Of a stretch of DNA of 32,589 nt, positions 1 to 10,481 are shown in pieces; position 1 is the first letter of the stretch; each line of letters starts with the position of its first letter. The notes beneath the pieces were generated by a model, which saw only the letters and a program-made list of their open reading frames with translations, was not told the origin of the DNA and did no database searches. Location: assembly GCA_050253335.1 (NCBI GenBank), contig JBFWJG010000028.1, positions 1 through 32,589 on the forward strand, in the 5' to 3' direction. This DNA comes from Deferribacterales bacterium. Its GTDB lineage: Bacteria; Chrysiogenota; Deferribacteres; Deferribacterales; Geovibrionaceae. A program made the translations under genes and the position numbers.

Positions 1-1737
1 CTGCGCGCTGACAAGCCTTATTGTTTCCAGAACAGAGCGTATAACCTCGAACAGCTCCGCACTTTTGTCCGGAGCGAAAAAACGCCTGAAATCATCAATT
101 GTGGCTGACATATGGTTGATGATATGAATACAGTCCTTCTCAAGCTGATTAGCGTAATCATCATCCAGCCCCTGACTGAAGTGGGTTTCACGCATATCCT
201 GAACATACAGCCCCAGTGCGTTAAGCGGCTGGCGCCACTGGTGGGCGACAGCGTTTATCATCTGCCCCATGTCTGTAAACTTTTTCTGCTCCATCATTAT
301 CTTTTCACTGAAAAGCCTTCGTTCAGTTTCCTGCTCTACCTTCTTCTCAAGGGCTTCGTTGAGCGCCTTCAGTCTGTTTTCAGCGTCCTTTCTCTGTGTA
401 ATGTCCAGAACAACGGCCATCATCACATCCTGCTTCTCCACAACGGTTTTCTGAACATGAATCTCCACAGGATACACTGTTCCGTCCTTCCGCCTGTGCA
501 GAGCCTCAAACATAACCGTTTCACTTCCGCCCTCCAGGACAGGGGTTATCTCCTGCCTGAGCTGCTGATAATTCATCTCCGGCTTGATATCCAGAATAGT
601 CATCTGAAGTATTTCATCATGGGTGTAACCCAGATTTTCGCATGCGCCTCTGTTCACTTCCAGAAAGCGGAGCGTGTCTATGTCGTAGATATATATTTCG
701 TTCAGGGAGTTGGCTATTATCTCCCCGAGATAGTTTTCCCGTGATTTGCTTTCGTTATATCTCTTTTCAAGGTCGCCTATTATGCGTACAAAGGATTTTT
801 TCATAAGAAGAACCGTAAGGCCGATAAAAATAAAAGCCATGACAACCGCCAGCTTCAGATAATGGCCGATCGCCGCTTTCTCGCTTGTTATATCCTGAAA
901 GGTCACCAGACTGGCTATCCTGTTTCCGTCATACCCTTTCAGGTAATGATCCATATGCAGGCGGTAGTATCTTCCTTTGTCCTCAATCTCTGCCGCCGCG
1001 CCTTTTGAAAAATCCGCCTTGTTGAAAATATCGGCAAAGCTGTCGTTGGAAAGGTTTATCAGAGTCTCCCCGTCAAAGCTTTCGGCGCGGGGTTTAAAAC
1101 AGAGTGCGTGAGCCTTTTCCGAAGGGATGAAGATTCCCATCTCAAGATCCAGAGTATTTTTCATCAGTGAGAGAAGATAATCCATGCCTATGCCGATTTC
1201 AGCGACACCCACAAAAACGCCCATGTAAAAAACAGGTTCTGCGTATCTGTAGTGAAGGCCGTAGCACCCGAGATCAAAGCCGTAGCGGGGCTCTTTTTTC
1301 TCCGCCACCTCTTTTATCATTGCCCGGGGATATCCGGAGTAGTTGAGATGCCCGGGAGCGTGCATTCTCATGAATGATTTTCCGTTTTCGTCATGGATGT
1401 GGATGATAACTTCCGTGTGGTACTCCGCCGTGAGGGCGCTGTATTTTTCATTGAAATAAAGGCGGATCTTCTCCCTGTCCCGGGAAGCCATGACCTCGCG
1501 GAGATAATAATCGGACAGAAGAGCCCTGAACCTGCTCCTCAGAGTCCGCTCCAGCTGGTCTGCGTGAAAGCCAAGCATATAGTTGATTTTCTGGTGCTTG
1601 TATTTGATGGAAGAGGAGAGATCTTTTCGCACATGCACGACAGAGAGAGCCGTAAACATAAGGATTGCCAGAAATACTATTAGAACGACTCCCAAAGTAG
1701 TCTGACGTGTGACGGACAATGAAATCTCCCCTGACAT
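1..1737 (-). CDS. Membrane sensor histidine kinase (TM, dCache-like domain, TM, PAS, HisKA); 3' end runs off the window; alternative TTG start at 1719
   Basis: Absent from the ORF track. Manual minus-strand reading of the 5' and 3' parts: MSGEISLSVTRQTTLGVVLIVFLAILMF (TM), IHIHDENGKSFMRMHAPG (Cache-like), PAS (EVNRGACENLGY...HRRKDGTVYPVE...DITQRK), H-box MGQMINAVAHQWRQPLN. Confidence 0.9.
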   Translation of the reverse strand, partial: MSGEISLSVTRQTTLGVVLIVFLAILMFTALSVVHVRKDLSSSIKYKHQKINYMLGFHADQLERTLRSRFRALLSDYYLREVMASRDREKIRLYFNEKYSALTAEYHTEVIIHIHDENGKSFMRMHAPGHLNYSGYPRAMIKEVAEKKEPRYGFDLGCYGLHYRYAEPVFYMGVFVGVAEIGIGMDYLLSLMKNTLDLEMGIFIPSEKAHALCFKPRAESFDGETLINLSNDSFADIFNKADFSKGAAAEIEDKGRYYRLHMDHYLKGYDGNRIASLVTFQDITSEKAAIGHYLKLAVVMAFIFIGLTVLLMKKSFVRIIGDLEKRYNESKSRENYLGEIIANSLNEIYIYDIDTLRFLEVNRGACENLGYTHDEILQMTILDIKPEMNYQQLRQEITPVLEGGSETVMFEALHRRKDGTVYPVEIHVQKTVVEKQDVMMAVVLDITQRKDAENRLKALNEALEKKVEQETERRLFSEKIMMEQKKFTDMGQMINAVAHQWRQPLNALGLYVQDMRETHFSQGLDDDYANQLEKDCIHIINHMSATIDDFRRFFAPDKSAELFEVIRSVLETIRLVSAQ

Positions 1738-1883
1738 ATATTTAAAGACAGCGAACCTTTCCGGCTCCTTCAATGCATTTGAGGGAACGTATCATTAAAT
1801 ATATATCCTTAACGTCTCTTAACAACAAATATTACCATCCGTAAACAGAGATAACAGGCAAAATGAGAAGCACGCCGGATGAA

Positions 1884-4800
1884 TCACTTGTTTCCGGTAA
1901 AAAGCCGCTTGATATCCTCCATTATTGAGTAGGCGCTGGGCACAAAAAGAAGCGCCACAATAGTGGTGAAAAGCACACCGAAAGCAATACTCACAGCCAT
2001 GGGGATAAGAAACTGAACATGGATGGAGGTTTCAAGAATCATGGGGGCAAGGCCGAAAAACGTTGTGAGCGATGTCATTATAATCGGCCTGAATCTCCGT
2101 TTTGCACCGTCCATGATAATCTCGTCATTAACATAGCCCTTCTCCCGCCCGAAGCGGTTGATGAAATCCACAAGCACAAGGGAGTTGTTCACCACAACTC
2201 CGCTGACGGCCACCATTCCGAAGATGCTCATAAGGCTCAGCGTAAGACCCAGAATCATATGCCCCGCGGCAGCCCCCACAAGCCCCAGAGGAATCGAAAA
2301 CATAATTATCAGCGGCTGAACATAGCTGGCGAGGGGAACAGCCAGAAGCGCGTATACAATAAGCACGGCAAAGGTCATGTTGTATTTAAGGCTGTCCATG
2401 GACTCTTTTCTGCTCTCTTCCTGCCCTTCGAACTTCCATTCAAGCCCGGGAAAGATCTCCTGAATGCCCGGAAGGGTTTCAGCCGCTATGTCCCTCATTA
2501 TCTCCTGCGGGTTTGACGCGGCTCCGGCAGTGGCGGTGACATTAACCACCCTGCGGCGGTTTGTCCTGTTTATCTCCGTCAGATCCTCGGTGAAGTAAAC
2601 CTCGGCAACGGAGCTTAAAGGCACTTCGGAGCCCGAAGGGGTTTTTATATTCACGGCGTATATGTCGCCGAGATATTTTCTCCCGCCCTCGGGGTATTTC
2701 ACACGCACGGTCACCTCATCCTGACCGCGCTGATAAGTAAGCGATTTTATCCCCAGAAAAGCCGGAGCCACCTGAGAGGCGATAAGCTCATTGGTAAGCC
2801 CGAGGGATCTTCCGTAGCTGTTCAGCCTATAGTGGATTTCCTGCTGTTTGGAAGCAAATGAATCCTCAATATCGTAAACTCCGCCGTATTCGGCGAGCTT
2901 CTGCCTGATTATTCCGCTGGCATCCCGCAGAACCTCCTCGCTGTCATGATCCAGACGGACGGAGATGTTTGCCCCGAAATTTCTTAGCTGTGAATCAAAT
3001 GTAAGGGATTCGGCGGAATTGATTATTCCGACCTCCTTCCGCCATTTATCCTCAAAAAGACCAGTGCGGAATTTTCTGATCTCATACTCATAAAGCATAA
3101 CATTCACAGCCGCGCTGCCGTCCCGCCGTATTCCGCTGTTTATATATTCTATGAAGCTTCCGCTGCTCCCCGTTTCCTTCATCATTTCCGCATCAACCTT
3201 CACCGCCGCTTCCTCAAGGCGCTTTATCACCCTTTCCGTCACGGCGGAGGCTGTCCCCGTCGGCATCACGGCGACGGCACGAACTCTGTCCCCCTCAAGG
3301 GGGGGCATGAAGCGGAACTTGAGATTGCCTGAGAACACAAGACCCGCAAAAGAGATGGTTACCGCAATGAAGACTGACACCGTCACATACTTATACTCGA
3401 CAGTGAGCCTGAGAAACCTGTCAAAAGGCCCGTTAACAAACCTGTCCAGAGAGTTTCTTATTCTGTCTCTTATCCCGAGGGTGAAGAAGGGCTTCCCGCC
3501 CTCCCTTCCGGTGTTCATGTGCGCGGGCAGAATGAAGAATGACTCCACAAGAGACACCATCAGAACGGAAATGACAACAACGGGAAGGGTGTTCATAAGA
3601 AGCCCCATGCTCCCTTCCACAAAGAGAAGGGGCGCAAACGTGGCCACGGTTGTGAGCACGGAGAATGTCACCGCGCTGAGCATCTCTTTTGTCCCGTCCA
3701 CCGCCGCCCTGTATCTGCTTTTGCCCGATTTGTAGTGCGTGTGGATATTCTCCCCCACGACTATGGCGTCATCCACCGCAATGCCCAGAGTCATTATGAA
3801 GGCGAAGGTTGTTATCATGTTGATGGAGGCTCCGGACAGATTAAGAAAGTAAAATGAGCCGAAAACGGAAATGGGGATTCCCAGCGCTACCCAGAGAGCC
3901 ACACGTGTTTCAAGAAAAACCGCCAGTATGAGCACAACCAGCGAAAGACCGAAGGCGGCGTTTTTCATAAGCAGATTGATGCGGTTCTGAAGCTGCTCCG
4001 ATCTGTCGTCCCATATGACAACTTTAACCGCTTCGGGAAATCCGGCGGTTATTTTTCCCACTGTTTCGTGAACCCTTTCTGAAACGCCGGCGGGAGTCTG
4101 ATCCCCCACTCTGTAAACATCTATTGATACTGACGGCGCTCCGTTGAAGCGTTCCAGAATGTCCCGCTCCTCAAAGCCGTCTCTTATATCCGCTATGTCG
4201 CCGAGGAGAACCGTCCCTCCGCCTGCGGAGGAGACAACGGGTATATCCCTGAACTCGCTTCCTGTACGGCGCTTATCATACATTCTCAGCTTTATGTCTC
4301 CGGAATCAGTCTCCAGCGTGCCGGAGGGGTAGTCTATGGAGTTTTTTCTGAGGGCTTCGGAAACATCCCTCAGGGTGAGGCTGTATTTCCTGAGTGTTTC
4401 CTCAGGAATCCAGACGGCTATCTCCCTGTCCTTAACGGCAACATACTCAAGCTGGGTTATCCCCTCTGCGGCAAGAAGCCCGTTCTTTATTCTGTCTGCG
4501 TAGTACCTGAGCGCCTCTTCGTTGACATCGCCGTATATGCTCACAGTGAGAACTTCACGCCGTCTTATCTCAAGCTCAACATCAGGCGTCTCTGCCTCAT
4601 CGGGATAAGCGGAGATCTTATCCACCTCGGCTTTGACATCCTGAAGCGCCTGCTGCTTATCTGTGCCTTTTATCAGCTCAATACTGACAGAACCGCTCCC
4701 CTCGCGGGCAACGGAAGTTATCTTATTGACAAAGTGGAGGCTGCTCACCGCGTCTTCGGTGGGGAGAACCATGCCCTCTTCGATCTCCGAAGGCGACGCT

Positions 4801-4970
4801 CCGGAATATTCGAATGAGATATTGATTATGTCCTTTTCGGAATCGGGAAAAACCTCCTGCTTCGTGTTCAGCATCACAAAGATGCCGCCCACAAGCAGAA
4901 AAAGCATAAGAAGATTGGAGGCTACCTTGTTTTTTGCCATCCACGCTACGGCACCGCCTCTTCTGATCAT
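1884..4970 (-). CDS. RND efflux transporter permease (AcrB/AcrD/AcrF family)
   Basis: 1028 aa with RND topology; GIAVDDAIVVGENI and RFRPIIMTSLTT motifs. Confidence 0.95.
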   Translation of the reverse strand: MIRRGGAVAWMAKNKVASNLLMLFLLVGGIFVMLNTKQEVFPDSEKDIINISFEYSGASPSEIEEGMVLPTEDAVSSLHFVNKITSVAREGSGSVSIELIKGTDKQQALQDVKAEVDKISAYPDEAETPDVELEIRRREVLTVSIYGDVNEEALRYYADRIKNGLLAAEGITQLEYVAVKDREIAVWIPEETLRKYSLTLRDVSEALRKNSIDYPSGTLETDSGDIKLRMYDKRRTGSEFRDIPVVSSAGGGTVLLGDIADIRDGFEERDILERFNGAPSVSIDVYRVGDQTPAGVSERVHETVGKITAGFPEAVKVVIWDDRSEQLQNRINLLMKNAAFGLSLVVLILAVFLETRVALWVALGIPISVFGSFYFLNLSGASINMITTFAFIMTLGIAVDDAIVVGENIHTHYKSGKSRYRAAVDGTKEMLSAVTFSVLTTVATFAPLLFVEGSMGLLMNTLPVVVISVLMVSLVESFFILPAHMNTGREGGKPFFTLGIRDRIRNSLDRFVNGPFDRFLRLTVEYKYVTVSVFIAVTISFAGLVFSGNLKFRFMPPLEGDRVRAVAVMPTGTASAVTERVIKRLEEAAVKVDAEMMKETGSSGSFIEYINSGIRRDGSAAVNVMLYEYEIRKFRTGLFEDKWRKEVGIINSAESLTFDSQLRNFGANISVRLDHDSEEVLRDASGIIRQKLAEYGGVYDIEDSFASKQQEIHYRLNSYGRSLGLTNELIASQVAPAFLGIKSLTYQRGQDEVTVRVKYPEGGRKYLGDIYAVNIKTPSGSEVPLSSVAEVYFTEDLTEINRTNRRRVVNVTATAGAASNPQEIMRDIAAETLPGIQEIFPGLEWKFEGQEESRKESMDSLKYNMTFAVLIVYALLAVPLASYVQPLIIMFSIPLGLVGAAAGHMILGLTLSLMSIFGMVAVSGVVVNNSLVLVDFINRFGREKGYVNDEIIMDGAKRRFRPIIMTSLTTFFGLAPMILETSIHVQFLIPMAVSIAFGVLFTTIVALLFVPSAYSIMEDIKRLFTGNK

Positions 4971-6151
4971 TCAGCGCTCCCTGCGAGGGTGGAGTTATCC
5001 GCGCTGCGCACTGTCACTTCCATGCCGTCAACAGCGCCGCGGAGCCTTGAGACTATCAGCTCCTCCCCTCCTTTGAGCCCTTGGGAAAGGACAGCTCGCC
5101 CTTCCCTGTAAGAGTGCACTGAAACGGGGATAATGCGGAGCTTTCCGTTTTCCACAGCCCAGACTTGCGAACCCTCCCTGAGGGCGGCTTCGGGTATTAT
5201 AACCCTTGTCTGCGGCTCCTTTGTGCGCAAAACAGTTTTTATATTCATCCCTATGGCGGGATAAGGCTTGTTCCTCAGATTCTGCTCATCAAGGGGGATA
5301 CGCACCACAGCCCTTATCATTCCCGTGGTTTCGTCCGCCCCGGGGAGCAGTTTGGCGAGATACCCCCTGTATTCCCATGAACTGCGTCCGTCCTGAAGTA
5401 TCACAGCGGCGGGGGATGCTTCCTTCTCTGTGAGAGAAAACATGAAATCCGCGGAGACAGAGGCAGGAAAAGGAACCACGGCCTCATAAAGCCCGCTTCC
5501 TGCAAGAGAACCCAGAGCATCGCCCGGCCTGACCACTGCCCCTTCCTGCATTGAGGCGGAAATCACAACAGCGTCAAAAGGCGCGTGATAAGCTGTCTTG
5601 GCAAGATTCCTTTCCGCCAGCCTGATATTTTCAGCGGCAAGGGCAAGCCCCGCTTCCGCTTCCGCTTTCTGAAGGGCGTAATCCGCAAGTCTGCCGGGCT
5701 TTTCGGGCAGTTTTTTCCCTTCGTTCCAGAGTTCCCACTCTCTTGCGGTAATTTCCGCCGAATGCTCTATTTCGGCCAGCCTGAGCCTTGCCGAAGCTTC
5801 AGAGGCACGGGCGGCCTTCAGCTCCGCCTCATAGGGAGCAGGGTCAAAGCGGAAAAGCACTTCCCCTTTTTTCACCCTGCCGCCTTCATCAAAAGCGGGG
5901 TTTTTATATATTACGGTTCCTCCGGTTTCAGTTTTCACATCCAGAGTTTTTTCCGCCTGAATCCTGCCGTAGCCTTCTCTTTCAAGGGGGATGGAAACCT
6001 CCGAACAGACTTCGGTTATAACCGCCGGAGGAACCCTCACGGGTTCTGTCTTCACGGGAACGGGAATATTGGACATATAGTACTTCCATACCAGCAGCGA
6101 AACTCCGATTACCGCCACCGGCAGCAGAATCTTGATTATGTTCTTCCTCAT
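4967..6151 (-). CDS. RND periplasmic adaptor (membrane fusion protein)
   Basis: N-terminal TM, lipoyl half-motifs (GGRVKKGEVLFRFD; APFDAVV) and coiled coil; ATG at 6151 overlaps the upstream stop (ATGA). Confidence 0.9.
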   Translation of the reverse strand: MRKNIIKILLPVAVIGVSLLVWKYYMSNIPVPVKTEPVRVPPAVITEVCSEVSIPLEREGYGRIQAEKTLDVKTETGGTVIYKNPAFDEGGRVKKGEVLFRFDPAPYEAELKAARASEASARLRLAEIEHSAEITAREWELWNEGKKLPEKPGRLADYALQKAEAEAGLALAAENIRLAERNLAKTAYHAPFDAVVISASMQEGAVVRPGDALGSLAGSGLYEAVVPFPASVSADFMFSLTEKEASPAAVILQDGRSSWEYRGYLAKLLPGADETTGMIRAVVRIPLDEQNLRNKPYPAIGMNIKTVLRTKEPQTRVIIPEAALREGSQVWAVENGKLRIIPVSVHSYREGRAVLSQGLKGGEELIVSRLRGAVDGMEVTVRSADNSTLAGSAE

Positions 6152-7572
6152 TTCCCGTCTCCTGATTTTTCCTTCTCTGTTATGTATTTTTCTTCCCATC
6201 CGCTCCCCAGAGCACGGATAAGACCGATTCTCGCACTTATAAGCTCCCGCTCGCCGGAAGCGAGGGAAATCTCCTGCTCCAGCATGCTTATCTCAGCAGA
6301 TATCAGGCTTCTTAAAGGGATCAGCCCGCCCCTGAATTTAAGACCGCCCAGTTCAAAGAGAGCCTTGTTCTTGGAGGCCGTGTTCTTCAGTTCGGCAAGA
6401 GCCCTTTCCCTGTATGCGTTTTCAAGAAGACCCTTTTCTATGTCGCTCAGCGCAGTGAGCACAGCCTGCCTGTATTTCAGAATATATGAATCCAGTTCAA
6501 GTTCCTTAACGGTTACCGCTGTCTTTTTCCTTCCGCCGTCAAAAACCGTGAAAAGAGCATCCGCAACCAGCGAGAGGGCGAAGGCTTCCGGTCTTATGAG
6601 AGATGAAACGCTGTCCGAGCCGTAGATTCCGGCAGCAGATATGGAAACAGAAGGGTATCTGTCCGCAATGGACGAGGCGAGCAGTCTGTCCGCTCTGTAA
6701 ATAGCGTAGCGGGCGGCCTGTATGTCTGTTCTCGCGGCGATGGCTTCCGCCGGTATCGCATACGGCACATCGGGCACACGCACGTTCCACCCCTCGGGCA
6801 GTTCAGGAAGTTCCGCGCCGCGTCTTGCGAGCATCAGCCCCATCTCCTCACGGAGGCTTCTCAGCGAGGATTCCGAGGAGGCGATGCCTATACGCACCGT
6901 TTCAAGCTTTTTTTCTGATTCGTAGATATCCTCAAGACTGCCGAGACCTGCCCTGAAAGCGTTTCTGTCCGCGCTGACAAGCTTCACGCAGAGTTTTTCA
7001 AGTGATTTCAGCTTATCAAGACGTCCGCTTTCATAGCGGTAGAGAAAGTATCTGTCGGCGAGTTCGGCGGAAAGGGAGAGGTACTTCCCGCGGAGAGTCA
7101 TGTCCGCGTATGCGGCGTCATATTCCGCCGCAGAAGCAAGGCTTGAGTTTCTGCCCCATATGTCCGCCTCCCACGAGGCTCTCAGGGAAAGCTCATACTC
7201 ATCCTGCCACTTCCGCTCCCCGCCTGCTTCACGGGATGTTCCGGAGACTCCCGCACCTGCCGTAACGGCGGGAAGCCTGTCCGCACGGGCCGATTTTATG
7301 CCCGCGCGCTTTATTTCAAGGGATACGTATGTGTCTTCAAGCTGGTAGTTTTCCGCAAACATAATGCGGATCAGCCCGTCCAGAGAGGAATCATCAAAAA
7401 CACGCCACCATTCCGAAGAATAGTCAGGCACATAGCCGGATGAAGAATTGGCAAACTCATCCGGAAGTTCCGTTTTCAGATCCTTAACCTTCAGAGACTG
7501 CTCTCTGGTTCCGCAGCCAGTGAGCACAAGGGTAACAGCAATCAGAAAGATAATTTTATATTTAACACGCAT
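6148..7572 (-). CDS. Outer membrane efflux lipoprotein (OprM/TolC family); start at 7572 or 7578
   Basis: Lipobox VLTGC; WWRVFDD, ASWEADIWGR and ALGSGW motifs. Confidence 0.92.
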   Translation of the reverse strand: MRVKYKIIFLIAVTLVLTGCGTREQSLKVKDLKTELPDEFANSSSGYVPDYSSEWWRVFDDSSLDGLIRIMFAENYQLEDTYVSLEIKRAGIKSARADRLPAVTAGAGVSGTSREAGGERKWQDEYELSLRASWEADIWGRNSSLASAAEYDAAYADMTLRGKYLSLSAELADRYFLYRYESGRLDKLKSLEKLCVKLVSADRNAFRAGLGSLEDIYESEKKLETVRIGIASSESSLRSLREEMGLMLARRGAELPELPEGWNVRVPDVPYAIPAEAIAARTDIQAARYAIYRADRLLASSIADRYPSVSISAAGIYGSDSVSSLIRPEAFALSLVADALFTVFDGGRKKTAVTVKELELDSYILKYRQAVLTALSDIEKGLLENAYRERALAELKNTASKNKALFELGGLKFRGGLIPLRSLISAEISMLEQEISLASGERELISARIGLIRALGSGWEEKYITEKEKSGDGK

Positions 7573-7648
7573 CCGCACAATCCCCGAAGAATAATAGAAA
7601 CTCTACATTACATTGACCTTTTTTTCCCGAAAAAGTCCAAACAGGCAG

Positions 7649-7663
7649 GTAAATTTTTGTAAA
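7649..7663. promoter_or_regulatory. CpxR-type direct-repeat box GTAAA-N5-GTAAA between the divergent efflux and two-component operons
   Basis: gtaaa ttttt gtaaa matches the E. coli CpxR consensus exactly. Confidence 0.65.
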
Positions 7664-7728
7664 GCCCTGTCCGCGGCTTAACTTAAATTAACGTGATTTT
7701 ATTGCAGTTTACTTTTATAATTGTATTC

Positions 7729-8415
7729 ATGAATTTTATAAATGCAAATATACTGATCATAGACGATGATAAAGAACTTTGCGAACTTCTTGAAACCTTT
7801 CTCGGCGAAGAGGGATTCAGGATTGAAAGCGTCCATGAAGGCAGGACAGGGCTGGAAAAAGCCCTCAGCGGGAACTTCTCTCTGATAATCCTTGATGTGA
7901 TGCTTCCCGGGCTGGACGGTTTTTCTATCCTGCGGGAACTTCGCAAAAGCAGTGATACGCCGGTCTTCATGCTTACTGCAAGGGGCGATGAGACCGACAG
8001 AATTTCGGGCATTGAAAACGGCGCGGACGACTATCTGCCCAAGCCCTTTAACCCGCGTGAGCTCAATGTCCGCATAAAGGCCATACTGAGACGCTCAGGC
8101 AGGACACATGCAGGGGACGTGCTCGAGGCAGGAACCCTGCGCATCAACACATCACTGCTGAACGTTTATTCCTCCGGTCAGGAAATCCCCCTTACCTCCG
8201 CAGAGTTTCAGATTCTTGAAATGCTCATGCGCAATGCGGGTAAAACCGTGAGCAGGGAGGACATATCCAGATTTGTTTTTGAAAGGGAGCTGAACTCCTT
8301 TGACAGAAGCATAGACGTTCACATCAGCAATATCAGAAAAAAAATCGGCAGCCCTGACATAATCAAAAGCATAAGGGGCGCAGGCTACATACTCACGGCA
8401 GAGGCGAAAAATTGA
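7729..8415 (+). CDS. OmpR-family response regulator, CpxR-like
   Basis: ILIIDDDKELCELL, LDVMLPG, GADDYLPKPFNPREL, winged helix DRSIDVHISNIRKK...IRGAGY; TATAAT at 7716-7721 just before ATG 7729. Confidence 0.93.
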   Translation: MNFINANILIIDDDKELCELLETFLGEEGFRIESVHEGRTGLEKALSGNFSLIILDVMLPGLDGFSILRELRKSSDTPVFMLTARGDETDRISGIENGADDYLPKPFNPRELNVRIKAILRRSGRTHAGDVLEAGTLRINTSLLNVYSSGQEIPLTSAEFQILEMLMRNAGKTVSREDISRFVFERELNSFDRSIDVHISNIRKKIGSPDIIKSIRGAGYILTAEAKN

Positions 8416-9794
8416 GACTGGTTAAAGGAGGCATATTCCTCAAGATATTCATCTCCTTCTGGATAAGCCTCATAGCATTCAGCATTCTGAGTATTTTTCT
8501 TTATGTTGTGTCAGACAAGGACTTTGTGCGCATTCTCTCAATCAAGGCGCAGCATTCAAGCGAAATAAACCGGAACATTCTTTTTGCTGAAAAACATCTG
8601 GAAATGGATACAGACAGCTTTGTCAGGTACGTAAGGAATGTTTCGTCCGGCTCACCGAACAAATCATACATTTTCAGCAGAAATCTTGAAGAGGTCACGG
8701 GGCAGCCGTTTCCGGAGGAAGCACTGGAAACAGTGGCAACCCTTGTGAAGCAGAAGCTCCGTGTTATAAGACAGATAAGCGACAGCAGAATCCTCAATGC
8801 CTTCGTGCTCAGGGATTCTGCCGGAAACATGCCGGAAAGCGCATCCTACCTGCTCACTGTTTACAACAGGCCGGAAAGGAAGACAATCATCATGGTTTGG
8901 CTGAAGGAATACTTTCAGGAGATCCTCCTTCATATAATAGTCATTTCTCTGATAAGCTTCTACCTTGCCAGACACCTAACAACCCCCCTCAAGGAGATAA
9001 ACGAGGCTTCCGATAAAATCTCAAAAGGCTCCTTTGACATATCTCTCAGTGATGTGGCTCTCAGAAACGATGAATTCGGCGAGCTTGCCCACAAGTTCAT
9101 GCTGATGGCCGAACGCCTTGAGGAGAACCGTCAGCAGCAGATAAGGATGTTCCGCGATATCTCGCACGAGCTGAGATCTCCGCTCACCAGAATGCGCCTT
9201 GCCATTGAACTGGCACTCTCAAAGGCCGACCAGCCGACAGCGAAGCTTCTTAACCGCATAGAAACCGAGTGGAGCAGAATGGGCTCAATGATCGCGGATC
9301 TGAAAGCTGTTTCAGACTGCACAGGCAGACAGGTTCAGTTTGAGCATTTTGATATATGCGCGCTGATAGAAAACCTTATGCCCGATTTCCACTTCGAGGC
9401 GGAAGCATCGGATAAAAAAATCACTTTCAGCGGATGTCCGTGCTACAAAGTTTACGGAAACAGGAGACTTCTGTCCAGCGCAGTGGAAAATATCGTCCGC
9501 AACGCCCTCAGGTATGCCGAAGGGAAAATTGACATCATTGTGAATTCAGACGAATCAGAGATCAGTATAGAGGTTCTGGATGACGGACACGGGGTGCATG
9601 AGGAGAATCTGGAAAAGATATTTATCCCTTTTTTCCGTGAAAACGCCGACAGAGACAGGCAGACCGGAGGAACCGGACTTGGGCTTGCCATAGCGAAGCG
9701 CGCAGCCGACATACACAGAGGAATACTTTATGCCGCCAACACAGAGGACGGCTTCAAAGTGACAATGAAGCTTCCCCTTCCGAGCTCTGTTTAA
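8412..9794 (+). CDS. HAMP-domain sensor histidine kinase, CpxA-like
   Basis: Two TMs, HAMP, H-box DISHELRSPLTR, N-box ENIVRNALRYA, G2 box GGTGLGLAI. Confidence 0.93.
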   Translation: MRLVKGGIFLKIFISFWISLIAFSILSIFLYVVSDKDFVRILSIKAQHSSEINRNILFAEKHLEMDTDSFVRYVRNVSSGSPNKSYIFSRNLEEVTGQPFPEEALETVATLVKQKLRVIRQISDSRILNAFVLRDSAGNMPESASYLLTVYNRPERKTIIMVWLKEYFQEILLHIIVISLISFYLARHLTTPLKEINEASDKISKGSFDISLSDVALRNDEFGELAHKFMLMAERLEENRQQQIRMFRDISHELRSPLTRMRLAIELALSKADQPTAKLLNRIETEWSRMGSMIADLKAVSDCTGRQVQFEHFDICALIENLMPDFHFEAEASDKKITFSGCPCYKVYGNRRLLSSAVENIVRNALRYAEGKIDIIVNSDESEISIEVLDDGHGVHEENLEKIFIPFFRENADRDRQTGGTGLGLAIAKRAADIHRGILYAANTEDGFKVTMKLPLPSSV

Positions 9795-10198
9795 GGCCTC
9801 TCAGGCGGAGGAGGAGCAAACCCGCCTGCGGGCGGAGGCGGAGGAGGATTCTTCTTAAACCGCTCATGCAGTTCAAGAAGTTTCTTCATCTGCGCATCAT
9901 CCAGAACATCATCCATCTTCATGAAAGTTTCTTCAAAGAGACCGTCCGCTTCCTGCTTTATCCTGTCTCTCAGAGCATCCGCTTTAGGCCGCGCTTCATC
10001 AAGAATGCGCCTAACCTCCGCAGACTGTTCCGGATTCAGCTTGAGCTCCTTCTCAAGTGTCGAATGTATCTTTGCCGCTATGTCGTGCGGTTCCTTACGC
10101 ATATGATTAAACTGGGCAATGCGGTAAATATTCATAAAAACCGCACCCGCCGCAAAACCGATGAGAAACACAATCAGGATGTAGGCGTATCTTCTCAT
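9791..10198 (-). CDS. Membrane-anchored periplasmic helical protein, Spy/CpxP/metal-sensor-like, with a poly-Pro tail
   Basis: N-terminal TM; LKLNPEQ and LDDAQ repeats resemble LTxxQ; last gene of the ECF cluster. Confidence 0.65.
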   Translation of the reverse strand: MRRYAYILIVFLIGFAAGAVFMNIYRIAQFNHMRKEPHDIAAKIHSTLEKELKLNPEQSAEVRRILDEARPKADALRDRIKQEADGLFEETFMKMDDVLDDAQMKKLLELHERFKKNPPPPPPAGGFAPPPPERP

Positions 10199-10205
10199 GT
10201 CGAAC

Positions 10206-10481
10206 CTAAATCACAACAGAGGAAACGCCAGCGGTGAGCAGTTCCATCAGGTAAATCGCTTTTTCCCGGGTCATGTAGCTTTCGGTAACAAAAAGAACAG
10301 CCAGAAGAGCGCACAAAACAGGCACAAGCACGGCAAATGCCGGAGCAGGAGCCGCAGGACGGGGCATTTCCGCAAGAACTCTTCTGTAAGTTCTTTCCGC
10401 AAAATCCTCATCCGGCGTGAGCTTTCTCTCTGCTCTGCTCACTTCGGCGAGTTCATCGAGCAGTCGTTTTTTTTCAGTCAT
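10206..10481 (-). CDS. Putative single-pass anti-sigma factor
   Basis: 91 aa, overlaps the ECF sigma stop; PDEDFAER motif followed by a hydrophobic segment. Confidence 0.65.
   Translation of the reverse strand: MTEKKRLLDELAEVSRAERKLTPDEDFAERTYRRVLAEMPRPAAPAPAFAVLVPVLCALLAVLFVTESYMTREKAIYLMELLTAGVSSVVI

Noticed and set aside
112..1683. + strand ORFs 112..744, 269..454 and 1393..1683
   Set aside because: Antisense shadows of the - strand histidine kinase that the ORF track missed
1766..1823. Small hairpin and CTTAAC direct repeat upstream of the kinase gene
   Set aside because: Short, AT-rich and could be chance
2019..7348. Long + strand ORFs such as 3151..3735 and 5585..6625
   Set aside because: Antisense to well-supported RND operon genes; no motifs or RBS
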